A stretch of DNA of 63,530 nt, filler included, from Octopus bimaculoides (Eukaryota), in the NCBI RefSeq assembly GCF_001194135.2. It is 6 parts of 6 records of this genome, joined end to end, with 100 filler letters (N's around TTAATTAATTAA, not from the genome) between each part and the next. Parts side by side here need not be neighbours in the genome. Positions count along the whole stretch, not along the records: positions 1 to 18,750 come from NC_069007.1; positions 18,851 to 39,659 come from NC_068988.1; 4 more parts are not named here. One strand, given 5' to 3'. Below, one piece after another: positions 10,320 to 22,212 of the stretch (the stretch's first letter is position 1; the number at the start of each line of letters is the position of its first letter). The notes below the pieces were generated by a model. That model worked only from the letters and a program-made list of their open reading frames with translations. It was not told the origin of the DNA and did no database searches. Position numbers and translations under genes: made by a program.

Positions 10320-11095
10320 CTTTCACTCAAAGGTGGGGTCCCATTGTTAACAACAAAACTAGTAGCTCTCTGAATTTTGCCCAGCCTGTTCTTATTCTAG
10401 CAACTATGCTCTCAGAACTTATATATACTGCTTCCAAGGATTCTCACAGACATTTGAAGAAGCCTATTTTCTGTACCTTCTGAGTTTTTATTGTACCCGC
10501 ACATCTGTCACACACAAAGACTACTTTCTCTGTTAATTTTCCTGTGGTACTGCTGCACCTCTTATGTATCCATAGCTTACACTGGGTACTCTGTATGGTA
10601 TGAAGTACCTACAAACACATTTTCTACAAACGGTCAGTGTTAGTGATTTGTCCACTTTTGCTACTTAGTACAACTTTGGTCATTGCTAAATTAACTTCAT
10701 GGCCCTTTGATTTCAGGGATTGCTTCAAAACCTGAAATTTCTTTTCTAGTTTTTGTTGGGATTCAGCTACAAAAACAAGGTCATCAGCATAGAGAAGCTC
10801 CCAAGGGCAGCCCGTCTTAAATTCCACTGTTATGCCCTGGAGGACTATGATAAACAAGAGGAGGCTGAGAACTGATCCTTAGTGAACTCCTACGTGTGCA
10901 TTGAATTCCTTGCTATACTCATTGCTGACTTTCACTTTATTGACATCTCTGCACATGGCGGGTACAGCTCTCACCAACCACTCATCTATCCCTTGCTTCC
11001 ACATTGACGACAAGGTAAAAGAGTGGAAGACCCTATCACCGGCTTTCTCCATATTGCTAAGCCAAGTACAGAGGTTTATTTTTGGCTAAATATAT
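10320..11095 (-). mobile_element. RTE-clade LINE reverse-transcriptase fragment
   Basis: Minus-strand peptides GIDEWLVRAV, GVH*GSVLSLLLFIIVL, CPWELLYADDLV, CTQCKLWIHKRC and ARIRTGWAKFRELL. Confidence 0.85.
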
Positions 11096-11359
11096 NNNNN
11101 NNNNNNNNNNNNNNNNNNNNNNNNNNNNNNNNNNNNNNNNNNNNNNNNNNNNNNNNNNNNNNNNNNNNNNNNNNNNNNNNNNNNNNNNNNNNNNNNNNNN
11201 NNNNNNNNNNNNNNNNNNNNNNNNNNNNNNNNNNNNNNNNNNNNNNNNNNNNNNNNNNNNNNNNNNNNNNNNNNNNNNNNNNNNNNNNNNNNNNNNNNNN
11301 NNNNNNNNNNNNNNNNNNNNNNNNNNNNNNNNNNNNNNNNNNNNNNNNNNNNNNNNNNN

Positions 11360-11399
<40 letters not shown>

Positions 11400-11435
11400 C
11401 AATATCTTCTTACATGTAATTTTTCCTTCTCCAAG

Positions 11436-11517
11436 GTTGCTGAAAACTTCACACCAGCACAAAAACGAGATGCCATTACTAAAGAAAAGTTTCACTTCAG
11501 GAAAAATGTTCAACAAG
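11436..11517 (+). CDS. GCLC: GCLC-like visible exon 6 (82 bp, phase 0-1)
   Basis: ttctccaag acceptor and gtaaga donor. Encodes VAENFTPAQKRDAITKEKFHFRKNVQQ, matching VDENMKVAQKRDAVLQGMFYFRKDI. Confidence 0.92.
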
Positions 11518-11892
11518 GTAAGAATTAAATTTCTTGGAAATTCTGAGAACGAAAACACAATTTTAACTTTGACTAAGTTTTGTAAAGGATTAAAAAATCT
11601 ATTAGGGATACCCCAAAAAGCCCCTAATATTTTCTTGTTTAGACACAGATCATAACAATCAAGAGTTGTGACATCCTTGGTCATCATAAACAGTATTTAA
11701 GGATTTCTCAATGTTACCATATGGGTATATATTTTCTCTATTGGAACACAACGATGGGTGTTATGTATCTTAAATATAGGGAGGTTAGGGTGACTGGGTT
11801 ACAGATACATAGACAAGCACCGTTATTTATCACTGAACATGCACAATTAAATGTATTTATTATAGCTAATCTATAATTTTTTTGCTAATTAG

Positions 11893-11963
11893 AAGTCGCT
11901 GATTGTAAGCTAACTGACGATATTTACACCTTGATGACTCTAAACGAAATCATTAATGGAAAG
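11893..11963 (+). CDS. GCLC: GCLC-like visible exon 7 (71 bp, phase 1-0)
   Basis: ctaattag acceptor and gtaaaa donor. Encodes (E)VADCKLTDDIYTLMTLNEIINGK, matching EEYTLMSIDTIINGK. Confidence 0.9.
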
Positions 11964-12052
11964 GTAAAAGATATTTTTAATAATCTTTTAATCTTTAACT
12001 CTATATTTAACTATTTAACTATTTTCAATTATTTTGATTCTATTCCCAACAG

Positions 12053-12170
12053 GATGATTTCCCTGGTTTAATTCCTCTCATATGCAAATATCTCGATCAT
12101 GTTGACTACGATTCCAGTAAAAGACCTAAAATAATGCAATACCTGAAATATCTCTCAGACAAGGCTGCAG
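12053..12170 (+). CDS. GCLC: GCLC-like visible exon 8 (118 bp, phase 0-1)
   Basis: cccaacag acceptor and gtaaga donor. Encodes DDFPGLIPLICKYLDHVDYDSSKRPKIMQYLKYLSDKAA(G), matching FPGLIPILNSYLENMEVDVDTRCSILNYLKLIKKRASG. Confidence 0.93.
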
Positions 12171-13292
12171 GTAAGATGGTTCATTTGTTTTCAACAATAT
12201 TAAACAAATGTTATTATAAACATTCAACCTTAAAATTCAGTATTGAAAGTATTTATTTAAATAATAATTCGACATATGTTTCGATAATAGATATTTATAA
12301 AATATATATCCACCATTCCATTAGTTATTGAAATCTGTTTAAAATTAAGAAAAATATAGCGTTTATTGCACAAAGAAGATTATCTCCCATGCAATAGAAA
12401 TGTACAAGATTGCTTCCCAACCACGTGGTTCNNNNNNNNNNNNNNNNNNNNNNNNNNNNNNNNNNNNNNNNNNNNNNNNNNNNNNNNNNNNNNNNNNNNN
12501 NNNNNNNNNNNNNNNNNNNNNNNNNNNNNNNNNNNNNNNNNNNNNNNNNNNNNNNNNNNNNNNNNNNNNNNNNNNNNNNNNNNNNNNNNNNNNNNNNNNN
12601 NNNNNNNNNNNNNNNNNNNNNNNNNNNNNNNNNNNNNNNNNNNNNNNNNNNNNNNNNNNNNNNNNNNNNNNNNNNNNNNNNNNNNNNNNNNNNNNNNNNN
12701 NNNNNNNNNNNNNNNNNNNNNNNNNNNNNNNNNNNNNNNNNNNNNNNNNNNNNNNNNNNNNNNNNNNNNNNNNNNNNNNNNNNNNNNNNNNNNNNNNNNN
12801 NNNNNNNNNNNNNNNNNNNNNNNNNNNNNNNNNNNNNNNNNNNNNNNNNNNNNNNNNNNNNNNNNNNNNNNNNNNNNNNNNNNNNNNNNNNNNNNNNNNN
12901 NNNNNNNNNNNNNNNNNNNNNNNNNNNNNNNNNNNNNNNNNNNNNNNNNNNNNNNNNNNNNNNNNNNNNNNNNNNNNNNNNNNNNNNNNNNNNNNNNNNN
13001 NNNNNNNNNNNNNNNATATATATATATAATTTTTATTCTTGTACTTGTTTCAGTCATTTGACTACGTCCATACTGGAGCAACACCTTAAGGGGTTTTAGT
13101 CGAACAAATCGATCCCAAGACTTATTCTTTGTAAGCCTTGTAGAAACAATTATCACTGCTAAAACTATTAGGGCTTTATCCATTTGTAGCTCATTTAACG
13201 AACCCAGAATATTGTTACAGAAGACACCAACTAATTTCCATCTGAAATGAAAAACGAATTATTCATTATTCTAATTTATATTTGTCTTGCAG

Positions 13293-13459
13293 GAAAGATC
13301 ATGACAATGGCCCAATGGACAAGGCAGTTTGTTACAAATCATGAAGAATACAAGAACGATTCTGTTGTCAGTGAGAGAATCGCTTATGATTTTATTATGG
13401 AATGTGAAAAGATTGTCAACAGTGAAGGACGATTTCCAGAAGCTTTTATCAGGAGTTAA
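13293..13459 (+). CDS. GCLC: GCLC-like terminal coding exon ending in TAA
   Basis: tcttgcag acceptor. Encodes (G)KIMTMAQWTRQFVTNHEEYKNDSVVSERIAYDFIMECEKIVNSEGRFPEAFIRS*, matching GELMTVARWMREFIANHPDYKQDSVITDEMNYSLILKC. Confidence 0.93.
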
Positions 13460-14847
13460 AGAAACATTCCAACTTTATTGCATGTTTAATTAACTATGAG
13501 TTACAGAGAATGTAGCCTACATACTAATTTACATTATACTAACTAAACAGAATATACATATATATATATACTTTCTGACGTGACTCTATCTATCTTTCTA
13601 TTTTTGTATCTTTTTCCCCCTCTCGTTCTTCCTTCTGTTACTACTATATCTCTCTCTTCCTCCCTGTCTCTCGTTGCTCACCTATTTTCTACTTCCTCCC
13701 CTTTTTTCTCCCTCTACCACTCTTTCTCCTTACCCCTCGCTGGTCACATGTGTCCAGCTTTACTTCCTTTCTTCCTTGGCTATCACCAAGCACGTACACG
13801 AACTATTCTTCATCCCTCTTCATTCCAGTTCGTTGCTTCACAGAGTTAAATATACACATATTTGTCCACGTCTGGCTGTATAGCCTTTTCTGTTTATTCT
13901 ACTGTTTCGTTTTCCTGTCTTGTTTTCTGTCCGCCACTACATTCCTCCATGGTACAAATTTAATTTGTGATCCGTGGGAAGAGCCATTTTAACGATGCGT
14001 CCTGCCCTAACTCTTCGAAATGCCAGTGTTAGAATGGTGGCAGCTGATGAAGGAAATGTTCTCTATGTGGCCTGAGTGTTTTCTGTACTTGTTTATCATT
14101 TTGTCTACGTTTTGTTTGCAATGTCCTGTACCCAGATATGCATCTATATACACAGGTAGATGTAAGTATGTACATACATGTACNNNNNNNNNNNNNNNNN
14201 NNNNNNNNNNNNNNNNNNNNNNNNNNNNNNNNNNNNNNNNNNNNNNNNNNNNNNNNNNNNNNNNNNNNNNNNNNNNNNNNNNNNNNNNNNNNNNNNNNNN
14301 NNNNNNNNNNNNNNNNNNNNNNNNNNNNNNNNNNNNNNNNNNNNNNNNNNNNNNNNNNNNNNNNNNNNNNNNNNNNNNNNNNNNNNNNNNNNNNNNNNNN
14401 NNNNNNNNNNNNNNNNNNNNNNNNNNNNNNNNNNNNNNNNNNNNNNNNNNNNNNNNNNNNNNNNNNNNNNNNNNNNNNNNNNNNNNNNNNNNNNNNNNNN
14501 NNNNNNNNNNNNNNNNNNNNNNNNNNNNNNNNNNNNNNNNNNNNNNNNNNNNNNNNNNNNNNNNNNNNNNNNNNNNNNNNNNNNNNNNNNNNNNNNNNNN
14601 NNNNNNNNNNNNNNNNNNNNNNNNNNNNNNNNNNNNNNNNNNNNNNNNNNNNNNNNNNNNNNNNNNNNNNNNNNNNNNNNNNNNNNNNNNNNNNNNNNNN
14701 NNNNNNNNNNNNNNNNNNNNNNNNNNNNNNNNNNNNNNNNNNNNNNNNNNNNNNNNNNNNNNNNNNNNNNNNNNNNNNNNNNNNNNNNNNNNNNNNNNNN
14801 NNNNNNNNNNNNNNNNNNNNNNNNNNNNNNNNNNNNNNNNNNNNNNN

Positions 14848-14879
<32 letters not shown>

Positions 14880-14884
<5 letters not shown>

Positions 14885-15434
14885 ATTTGGCAGCATAAGT
14901 GGCTGTCCTGGATAGGACGATTGTTACTGTTGTTTAGCCTCAGGGAACATCGTTTCCAGCTGGCTATACGACACAATATTTGTGTCCTCATATTTTCGAA
15001 CAGGAAGTCCAGTACCCCTATCTAGCACAAAGCCACGTCTGTGGGCCGGTTTCTGGGTTATTGCAATTTATCAGTACAAAGTAGCTACATGGTTAGGTGG
15101 CGTTGCTGAATTCCCGTTCTAAAATATATAATTTTCAAAGTGACACACAGTCACTAATCTAATAAATAGAAACATTATTATTTCTAAATCTTTCAGAGAG
15201 ATATCTAGTAACAGTTCTTTAAAGTAAAGACTATTTGTCAACGTAATGTGGCTGTCCTGGATAGGACGATTGTTACTGTTGTTTTAGTCCCAGGAAACAT
15301 CGTTTCCTGCTGGCTGTATGACACACTGTCTGTGTGTCACTTTGAAAATTATATATTTTAGAACGGGAATTCAGCAACGCCACCTAGCCAAGCAGCTACT
15401 CTGTGCTGATAAATTGCAATAACCCAGAAACCGG
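14880..15434. repeat. Compound local duplication: about 97-bp direct repeat plus a 105-bp inverted repeat
   Basis: Direct: 14880-14975 vs 15228-15325. Inverted: 15046-15150 vs 15330-15434 (5 mismatches counted by eye). Confidence 0.88.
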
Positions 15435-15489
15435 TTAAAATGCATCTCCTGCTGTGAAAATACGGGGACACAGCTTAGGATACAAGCGC

Positions 15490-15680
15490 CCACTTGAACA
15501 GCTTAGGATTTAATGGCCCATAGCTCTTCAATACTCTCTTGAAGGAGCTGAGATTTCCACATAGTGTGGAAGTAGATGTCTTCAAAACCGAACTGGATCT
15601 CCTACTGTCAAGATTCCCAGATGATCCAACTTCACAGCTTGCACTAAATGCCGTGAACTCACTCATTCACCAAATGCCAA
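15490..15680 (+). mobile_element. CR1/L2-type LINE ORF2 C-terminal fragment
   Basis: Encodes GP*LFNTL...VEVDVFKTELDLLLSRFPDDPT...NSLIHQ across frameshifts. Confidence 0.65.
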
Positions 15681-15964
15681 CTGTTAAAGGCTCCGCAACC
15701 CACTTGAAATTTTGAATAGTGAGCGAATAATCACTTTATAACATGTTTGCCGTTCCTCATTTTATTTTTTACCTTCATTGTTACGAATTGATTCTTCTTT
15801 TGCAAGCTCTAAAATTTATATTTTTAGGCTCCGCAACACACTTAAAATTTCGAAATAATGTGAAATAAATAGACTTTCGACTTTGTTTTCTTTATTATTT
15901 TTAATACGAGGTCACCGAATATATGTGTTACATGAGGTCTAGATTACACACACATTAAACTAAA

Positions 15965-17072
15965 TTAAACAAATTGTCAAGATTGTAGCAGAAAAGATAA
16001 TTCTTTTTGGCAAAAGGCATCCATCCCTTGTGTTATGATTGAGTCAGTTAAACCGAAAATCTTAAAGTTTCCTTTGCTGTCATGATCTGGCCGATTCTTT
16101 CTAATCAACCTCTGAACGTTGCATTTAGATACTTCTTGTTCTATTCCACCAATGATGATTTTTCGGTTTGTCCGTTGATCTTGTAAAAAAATCTTGTTCT
16201 CTCTGTGATCCTTTTTTTGTCTCTACTACGACTCTACAACTGCAGTTTTTAAAGGAATTGCACTTGCAACAGGAAATGTCAAACAAATCCTTTGTTGCAT
16301 TGTTTTTCAACACATTACACTTTGTTTGAAACGATGGCACATTTTCTTCTATTTTTAACTGATTTTAGTAATGCTTGCTGCTTTAAATAAAAGTTTAAGG
16401 CTTTCGGTTTAACTGACCCAATCGTAGCACAAAGGATGGATGCCTTTTGCCAAAGAAGAATTATCTCTTCTGCTACAATCTTGACAATTTGTTTAACTGA
16501 AGTATCTTTCTTAACTACGTTCTTTTCTTTTTCTCATTCAAATAAAACGCATTTTAGTACGCCCTTGTAAGTTGGAGAAACTCGCTCGCTAAGATCACAG
16601 AGTGAGCACTCAGTATCATGGCTTATGAGTCATCACTAAATGTAAACAACACTAAATTTAACACGATCATTAATTTTAATACAATGGCCAAAAGTCAAGG
16701 TACAAAGCAGAAAACTTCACACACGTACGACGTACGTCCACATGCAACAACCGTTGCAGCGGCACTGGAGAGAAGTTCACACACTAGTTCTCTTAACTGT
16801 CAATGCGGACCCTCAAGGTATTAGTCAATTGTATTGAAACTTGGTATGCAACCTTTTAAGAATACTATATTTACTGTTTTGCATTCTACTAACGACTTAC
16901 AATCCACGAAATTCAAAAATGGTGATTTTCAAAATTTTCGATTGCGTTGCGGAATCTGCAAAAAATATATAACCGCAATGTTCTTTATACACCTTTTTTT
17001 AACCATAATTCGCAACAAAATATCGATTCTTGGTTACCAATTACGAAAGTTGAATTTTTGCCCCTCCTCTAA
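15965..17072 (-). mobile_element. hAT-superfamily (hATm-like) DNA transposon 5' remnant with an inverted duplication
   Basis: Minus-strand terminus TTAGAGGAGGGGCAAAAA at 17072. Peptides VAEEIILLWQKASI and DLFDISCCKCNSFKNCSC. The subfamily assignment is from memory of such motifs and is unverified. Confidence 0.5.
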
Positions 17073-17514
17073 TATATATATATACTCCTCCTTCTCTTCC
17101 GTCTCTTCCTGTCTCTTTGTTTCTTCCTCTCTCCCCGTGTGTGCAGCATTCATTTACTCATTGCCTGCTGGACACTCATCCTGCTGCAGCTCTTATGTTG
17201 ACCCTCTCTCTGTATCTCTCTTTATTCTCTCATTCTCTGCCCCTCTCTCTATGCAATGTAGAGTATAACCAAGCGTGCAACTAGCTACTGTGTATATTCA
17301 CAATCATAATATAGGGTTATGTAATAACCTCCACGTAAATCATAACTCACATTTTTATCTTGGCTTTTAATCGGGAAGTCAACGCCCTAACTGCGAAAAA
17401 ATTATCTTCTGTCTATGTTGTAATGGCCTATATATATTATAGAACAGATGGAATAGTATACGTTTCAGACAGCAGCCACAAGAAATGATATAAACAACGT
17501 TTATTTTATAGATG

Positions 17515-17675
17515 CTGGAATGGTTGTGTAGTTAATAGGTTCACTTTGCAACCATATGGTTTCAGGTTCAGTCCCATTGTACAGCACCTTGGGCAAATGT
17601 CTTTACTATAGCCCTGAGCTGACTAATGCCTTGTGAGTGGATTTAGTAGATGGAAACTGTGTAGGAGCCAGCCGT
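17515..17675 (+). mobile_element. Degenerate SINE family C, 5' half
   Basis: GGTTCAGTCCCATTG..CACCTTGGGCAAATGTCTTTACTATAGCC...TTGTGAGTGGATTT. Confidence 0.7.
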
Positions 17676-17743
17676 GTGTGTGTGTGTGTATGGTGTGATT
17701 ATATGTATATATCTATGTATGTATGAAACTAGCTCTTTGTCGG

Positions 17744-17817
<74 letters not shown>

Positions 17818-18572
17818 NNNNNNNNNNNNNNNNNNNNNNNNNNNNNNNNNNNNNNNNNNNNNNNNNNNNNNNNNNNNNNNNNNNNNNNNNNNNNNNNNNN
17901 NNNNNNNNNNNNNNNNNNNNNNNNNNNNNNNNNNNNNNNNNNNNNNNNNNNNNNNNNNNNNNNNNNNNNNNNNNNNNNNNNNNNNNNNNNNNNNNNNNNN
18001 NNNNNNNNNNNNNNNNNNNNNNNNNNNNNNNNNNNNNNNNNNNNNNNNNNNNNNNNNNNNNNNNNNNNNNNNNNNNNNNNNNNNNNNNNNNNNNNNNNNN
18101 NNNNNNNNNNNNNNNNNNNNNNNNNNNNNNNNNNNNNNNNNNNNNNNNNNNNNNNNNNNNNNNNNNNNNNNNNNNNNNNNNNNNNNNNNNNNNNNNNNNN
18201 NNNNNNNNNNNNNNNNNNNNNNNNNNNNNNNNNNNNNNNNNNNNNNNNNNNNNNNNNNNNNNNNNNNNNNNNNNNNNNNNNNNNNNNNNNNNNNNNNNNN
18301 NNNNNNNNNNNNNNNNNTATATATATATATATATATGTATGTATATATATATATATAAATAATATATGAGTATATGCATATATATGTAGATGTATGTAGA
18401 TACCGTCATCTACATGAATATATAGATGCATAACTGGGTACATGACGTTGCAAAAAAACATGGACAAAATGATAAAACATGGACAAATGATAAACAGGGT
18501 ACAGAAAACACACAGGCCACATAGAGAACATATATATAAATAGACAGATCGATAAATATTATATAGGTAGAT

Positions 18573-18708
18573 GCAGGCCTGGCTGTGTGGTAAGATACTT
18601 GCTTCCCAACCACATGGTCTGAGGTTCAGTCATACTGCGCGGCTCCTTGGGCAAGTGCCCTCTACTATAGTCTCGAGCCGAGTAGAGGGAAACTGAAAGA
18701 AGCCGTCG

Positions 18709-18710
<2 letters not shown>
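18573..18710 (+). mobile_element. SINE family C, 5' half running into a gap
   Basis: GCAGGCCTGGCTGTGTGGTAAG...CCTTGGGCAAGTG...GAAAGAAGCCGTCGTA. Confidence 0.8.
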
Positions 18711-18750
<40 letters not shown>

Positions 18751-18850
18751 NNNNNNNNNNNNNNNNNNNNNNNNNNNNNNNNNNNNNNNNNNNNTTAATT
18801 AATTAANNNNNNNNNNNNNNNNNNNNNNNNNNNNNNNNNNNNNNNNNNNN
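18751..18850. other. Artificial 100-bp gap spacer N44-TTAATTAATTAA-N44 (linkers also at 39704, 55651, 58246 and 60629)
   Basis: Identical 12-mer centred in fixed-size N runs five times; it places stop codons in all frames. Confidence 0.95.
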
Positions 18851-19000
18851 ATATGGGAGAATTTACGAAAAAAACAACAACAGATGAGGACAGGTGGTGT
18901 AAACAACAAAAGGATGTATTAGATTTAACGCTCGGGAATAGAGAAAGTCTTTAACGTTTCGAGCTACGCTCTTCAACTGAAAGGAACACAGAAAGAAATA
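18851..19000 (-). mobile_element. Interspersed repeat, possibly Penelope-like-derived; second diverged inverted copy at about 29933-30025
   Basis: Minus strand reads TTGAAGAGCGTAGCTCGAAACGT (hammerhead-like core). Homology to 29933-30025 is visible by eye. Confidence 0.4.
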
Positions 19001-19456
19001 AGGAGAAAAACAAGAAGAAAAAAAATTGAATGTTGTGGTCAGCGATCTATCATGTGGAGAGAAGTTAAAAAGCGGGGAGGGAATAAAACCGTCCCTTGAT
19101 TAACGGTTGCATATATATGTAAAGGCATGCATATGTATGCGCGTATACATACATCCACAGATGTATATGTATATAAAATAAAAGCGACTTAAGTGAAATA
19201 ATTTGTTTTTGTCCGTAGCATGAATATGAATAAGAGAGAGGAAGAAAACCATACTAAATCCAATACAAAATATATTCGGAATTTATTGAAATTATCTTCG
19301 TCACGAAAGTAGGTAAATAGATATATAGCAGCGATTGCAACAAACTCGAAACGACAGGGGAGATAATTCAATAGAATCAATAACCCATCTGATTGAATCT
19401 ATCATTCAGAAAATGACAATGTTTTTCTATAAGATACCAGCTGCGAAAGAGTTCGT

Positions 19457-19835
19457 TGTTGGCACTCCGTCGCTTACGACATCGAGGGTTCCAGTTGATC
19501 CGATCAACGGAACAGCCTGCTCGTGAAATTAACATGCAAGTGACTGAGCACTCCACAGACACGTGTACCCTTAACGTAGTTCTCGGGGATATTCAGCGTG
19601 ACACAGTGTGACAAGGCTGGCCCTTTGAATTACAGGCACAACAGAAACAGGAAGTAAGAGTGAGAGAAAGTTGTGGTGAAAGAGTACAGCAGGGTTCGCC
19701 ACCATCCCCCGCCGGGGCCTCGTGGAGCTTTAGGTGTTTTCGCTCAATAAACAGTTACAACGCCCGGTCTGGGAATCGAAACCGCGATCCTATGACCGCG
19801 AGTCCGCTGCCCTAACCACTGGGTCCTTGTGTCTC
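19457..19835 (-). mobile_element. SINE family A with 13-bp TSD
   Basis: Near-identical to 4032-4421. TSD CGAAAGAGTTCGT at 19444-19456 and 19836-19848. Confidence 0.92.
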
Positions 19836-21114
19836 CGAAAGAGTTCGTAATACTGCTTCAAATCATCAATTCTTTTACATCTTCAGAGATGATTGCCGTC
19901 TCTTTGTGCTTCATCGTTGTCCATAGCATATGTGACTTTCCGTCCATGATTTTTCAGATGACTATTCACTTCCCTTGCATATCTGCATGGTTTGAAACGT
20001 GAGTGACAGACGAAAGTTGTAACTTACGGTGCTTTCCCAACCGATTAGGTCTTCACACGTCACCACCCTCCCCTACCATAGGACTTTCTGTAGATTGGCT
20101 GAAAAATGAGGTTACCATAAACAGACACTTGTACGTCATTGGACTATAGCGATAAACGCTTGTACAACATGAGTTCCATATTCTGAGCTTCGTGGTAAGT
20201 GACATAAACACACACGCGCACACACGTATCTGTATATTTCTATTTATAAATAGATATATGTGTACATATTTATCATATAGTGGTTGTGACGCAGATAAAC
20301 ACAATTAGGCTCACACATACGCGCATGCGCACACAGACACAGACACATGTATATGCACATATATATCTACATATATTCATATATAATATATAGACAAACA
20401 AGTTCATTTATTGACCACCTTGAATAAACTCATATATACACACACACATACACGCACACATTTTTCATCATATATCATATATCATGTATCGTGTCATATA
20501 TAACTATATAATCATATACGTCTGTTATATCAGCCTGATCGCAGAGAGTAAATGAACTTATAATACCATCGCATAATCCATCCCCATCTATCATACCCAA
20601 TACTATCTCACACCTTCCCTCCTTCACAGTCTATGTACCAACGTATGCTCGTTCAAAGGTAAAGCTCACACAACATCCTGTTACATACATTACGAACAAA
20701 GAAGCGAACTTTCAATTCCTAACTTCTGACTCAATTCATGAAAAAAAAAAAAAAAATACCGCATTCAAGAGACGACATCATAGCAATAATTATAAGTTCT
20801 TTCATGGGTATTTTTTTTCTATGTTTATTTATTTATCTATTTATTTCAATATTTCTTTTTAATAATGTTCTCGCTCCCTCCCTTGTTTTTGATGTTGTAT
20901 TAGTCGTTGATTTTGTCGTTGTTGTTATTGACCTATGTTTAGAATATTATTTTCCCCCTTCTTCATTTATTAACCGACTCCGTACCGAAAATTAATTAAT
21001 ATCCGCTGGGAGAGCTTGCAAACTACTACACATGTCACACATACATGCACATATGTACACAAGCAGATACGTACACAAGCAGATACGTACACAAGCATAT
21101 ACACATTTATATTT

Positions 21115-21117
<3 letters not shown>

Positions 21118-21198
<81 letters not shown>
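21118..21198. repeat. (CA)n microsatellite, representative of many CA/TA/AG tracts between 17.7 and 29.7 kb
   Basis: Direct observation. Confidence 0.95.
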
Positions 21199-21204
<6 letters not shown>

Positions 21205-21461
21205 ACACACACATACACAGACACACACACACGCACACACGCACACACACACACATCACACACACTGCGGCATACGCATATATACACATCACTCACATAG
21301 ACGCATACAGTTTCACATATGCCGTATTCACGTGCGTATATACGAATGTTATTCACTTACTATCACAAGTATTCACACATACGGACATGCATACACGCAT
21401 ATATGTATATGTGTATGCATACACACGTACGTATATATATGTATAATATGTACATATGTTT

Positions 21462-21493
<32 letters not shown>

Positions 21494-21607
21494 ATNNNNN
21501 NNNNNNNNNNNNNNNNNNNNNNNNNNNNNNNNNNNNNNNNNNNNNNNNNNNNNNNNNNNNNNNNNNNNNNNNNNNNNNNNNNNNNNNNNNNNNNNNNNNN
21601 NNNNNNN

Positions 21608-21657
<50 letters not shown>

Positions 21658-22212
21658 TATGTGTTCGTGTGTATTGAGTTACTGTTCTATTAATACCACG
21701 TATGACGCTTCGCATTAATAACAGTGAAATTTGGAGGTGCAACGTTCAAAGGTTGTTTCCAGTCATTAAACAGAGATTCACCATTCTAACTTGAAGAACA
21801 TGAGTAAGCCTCTATGTGTCCGATCGACATAGCAAAGACACATTTGATAATCTAATAATTGATATACTATGTATGTTGGAAAAAGCAAAAATAAAAAAAA
21901 ATAAAAAAATAATAGAATGGCTATACTGAGAAACTCTTTTGAAAAACAATTCATCTCAACGAAGGCTGACATCGGGTTAAACCAGAACAACATCAAGAAA
22001 TAACTTGTATTCAAATATAAACAGCATATATACATATGACTTTGTAAAGAAAATTGCGATGAGTGTTTCTCGATAGATTTCATGTGATATCTGATGTATA
22101 TTCAAATAATTTATATANNNNNNNNNNNNNNNNNNNNNNNNNNNNNNNNNNNNNNNNNNNNNNNNNNNNNNNNNNNNNNNNNNNNNNNNNNNNNNNNNNN
22201 NNNNNNNNNNNN

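Noticed and set aside
13460-13600. GCLC polyadenylation signal or terminator
   Set aside because: No canonical AATAAA seen shortly after the stop, so the 3' end cannot be placed from sequence alone.
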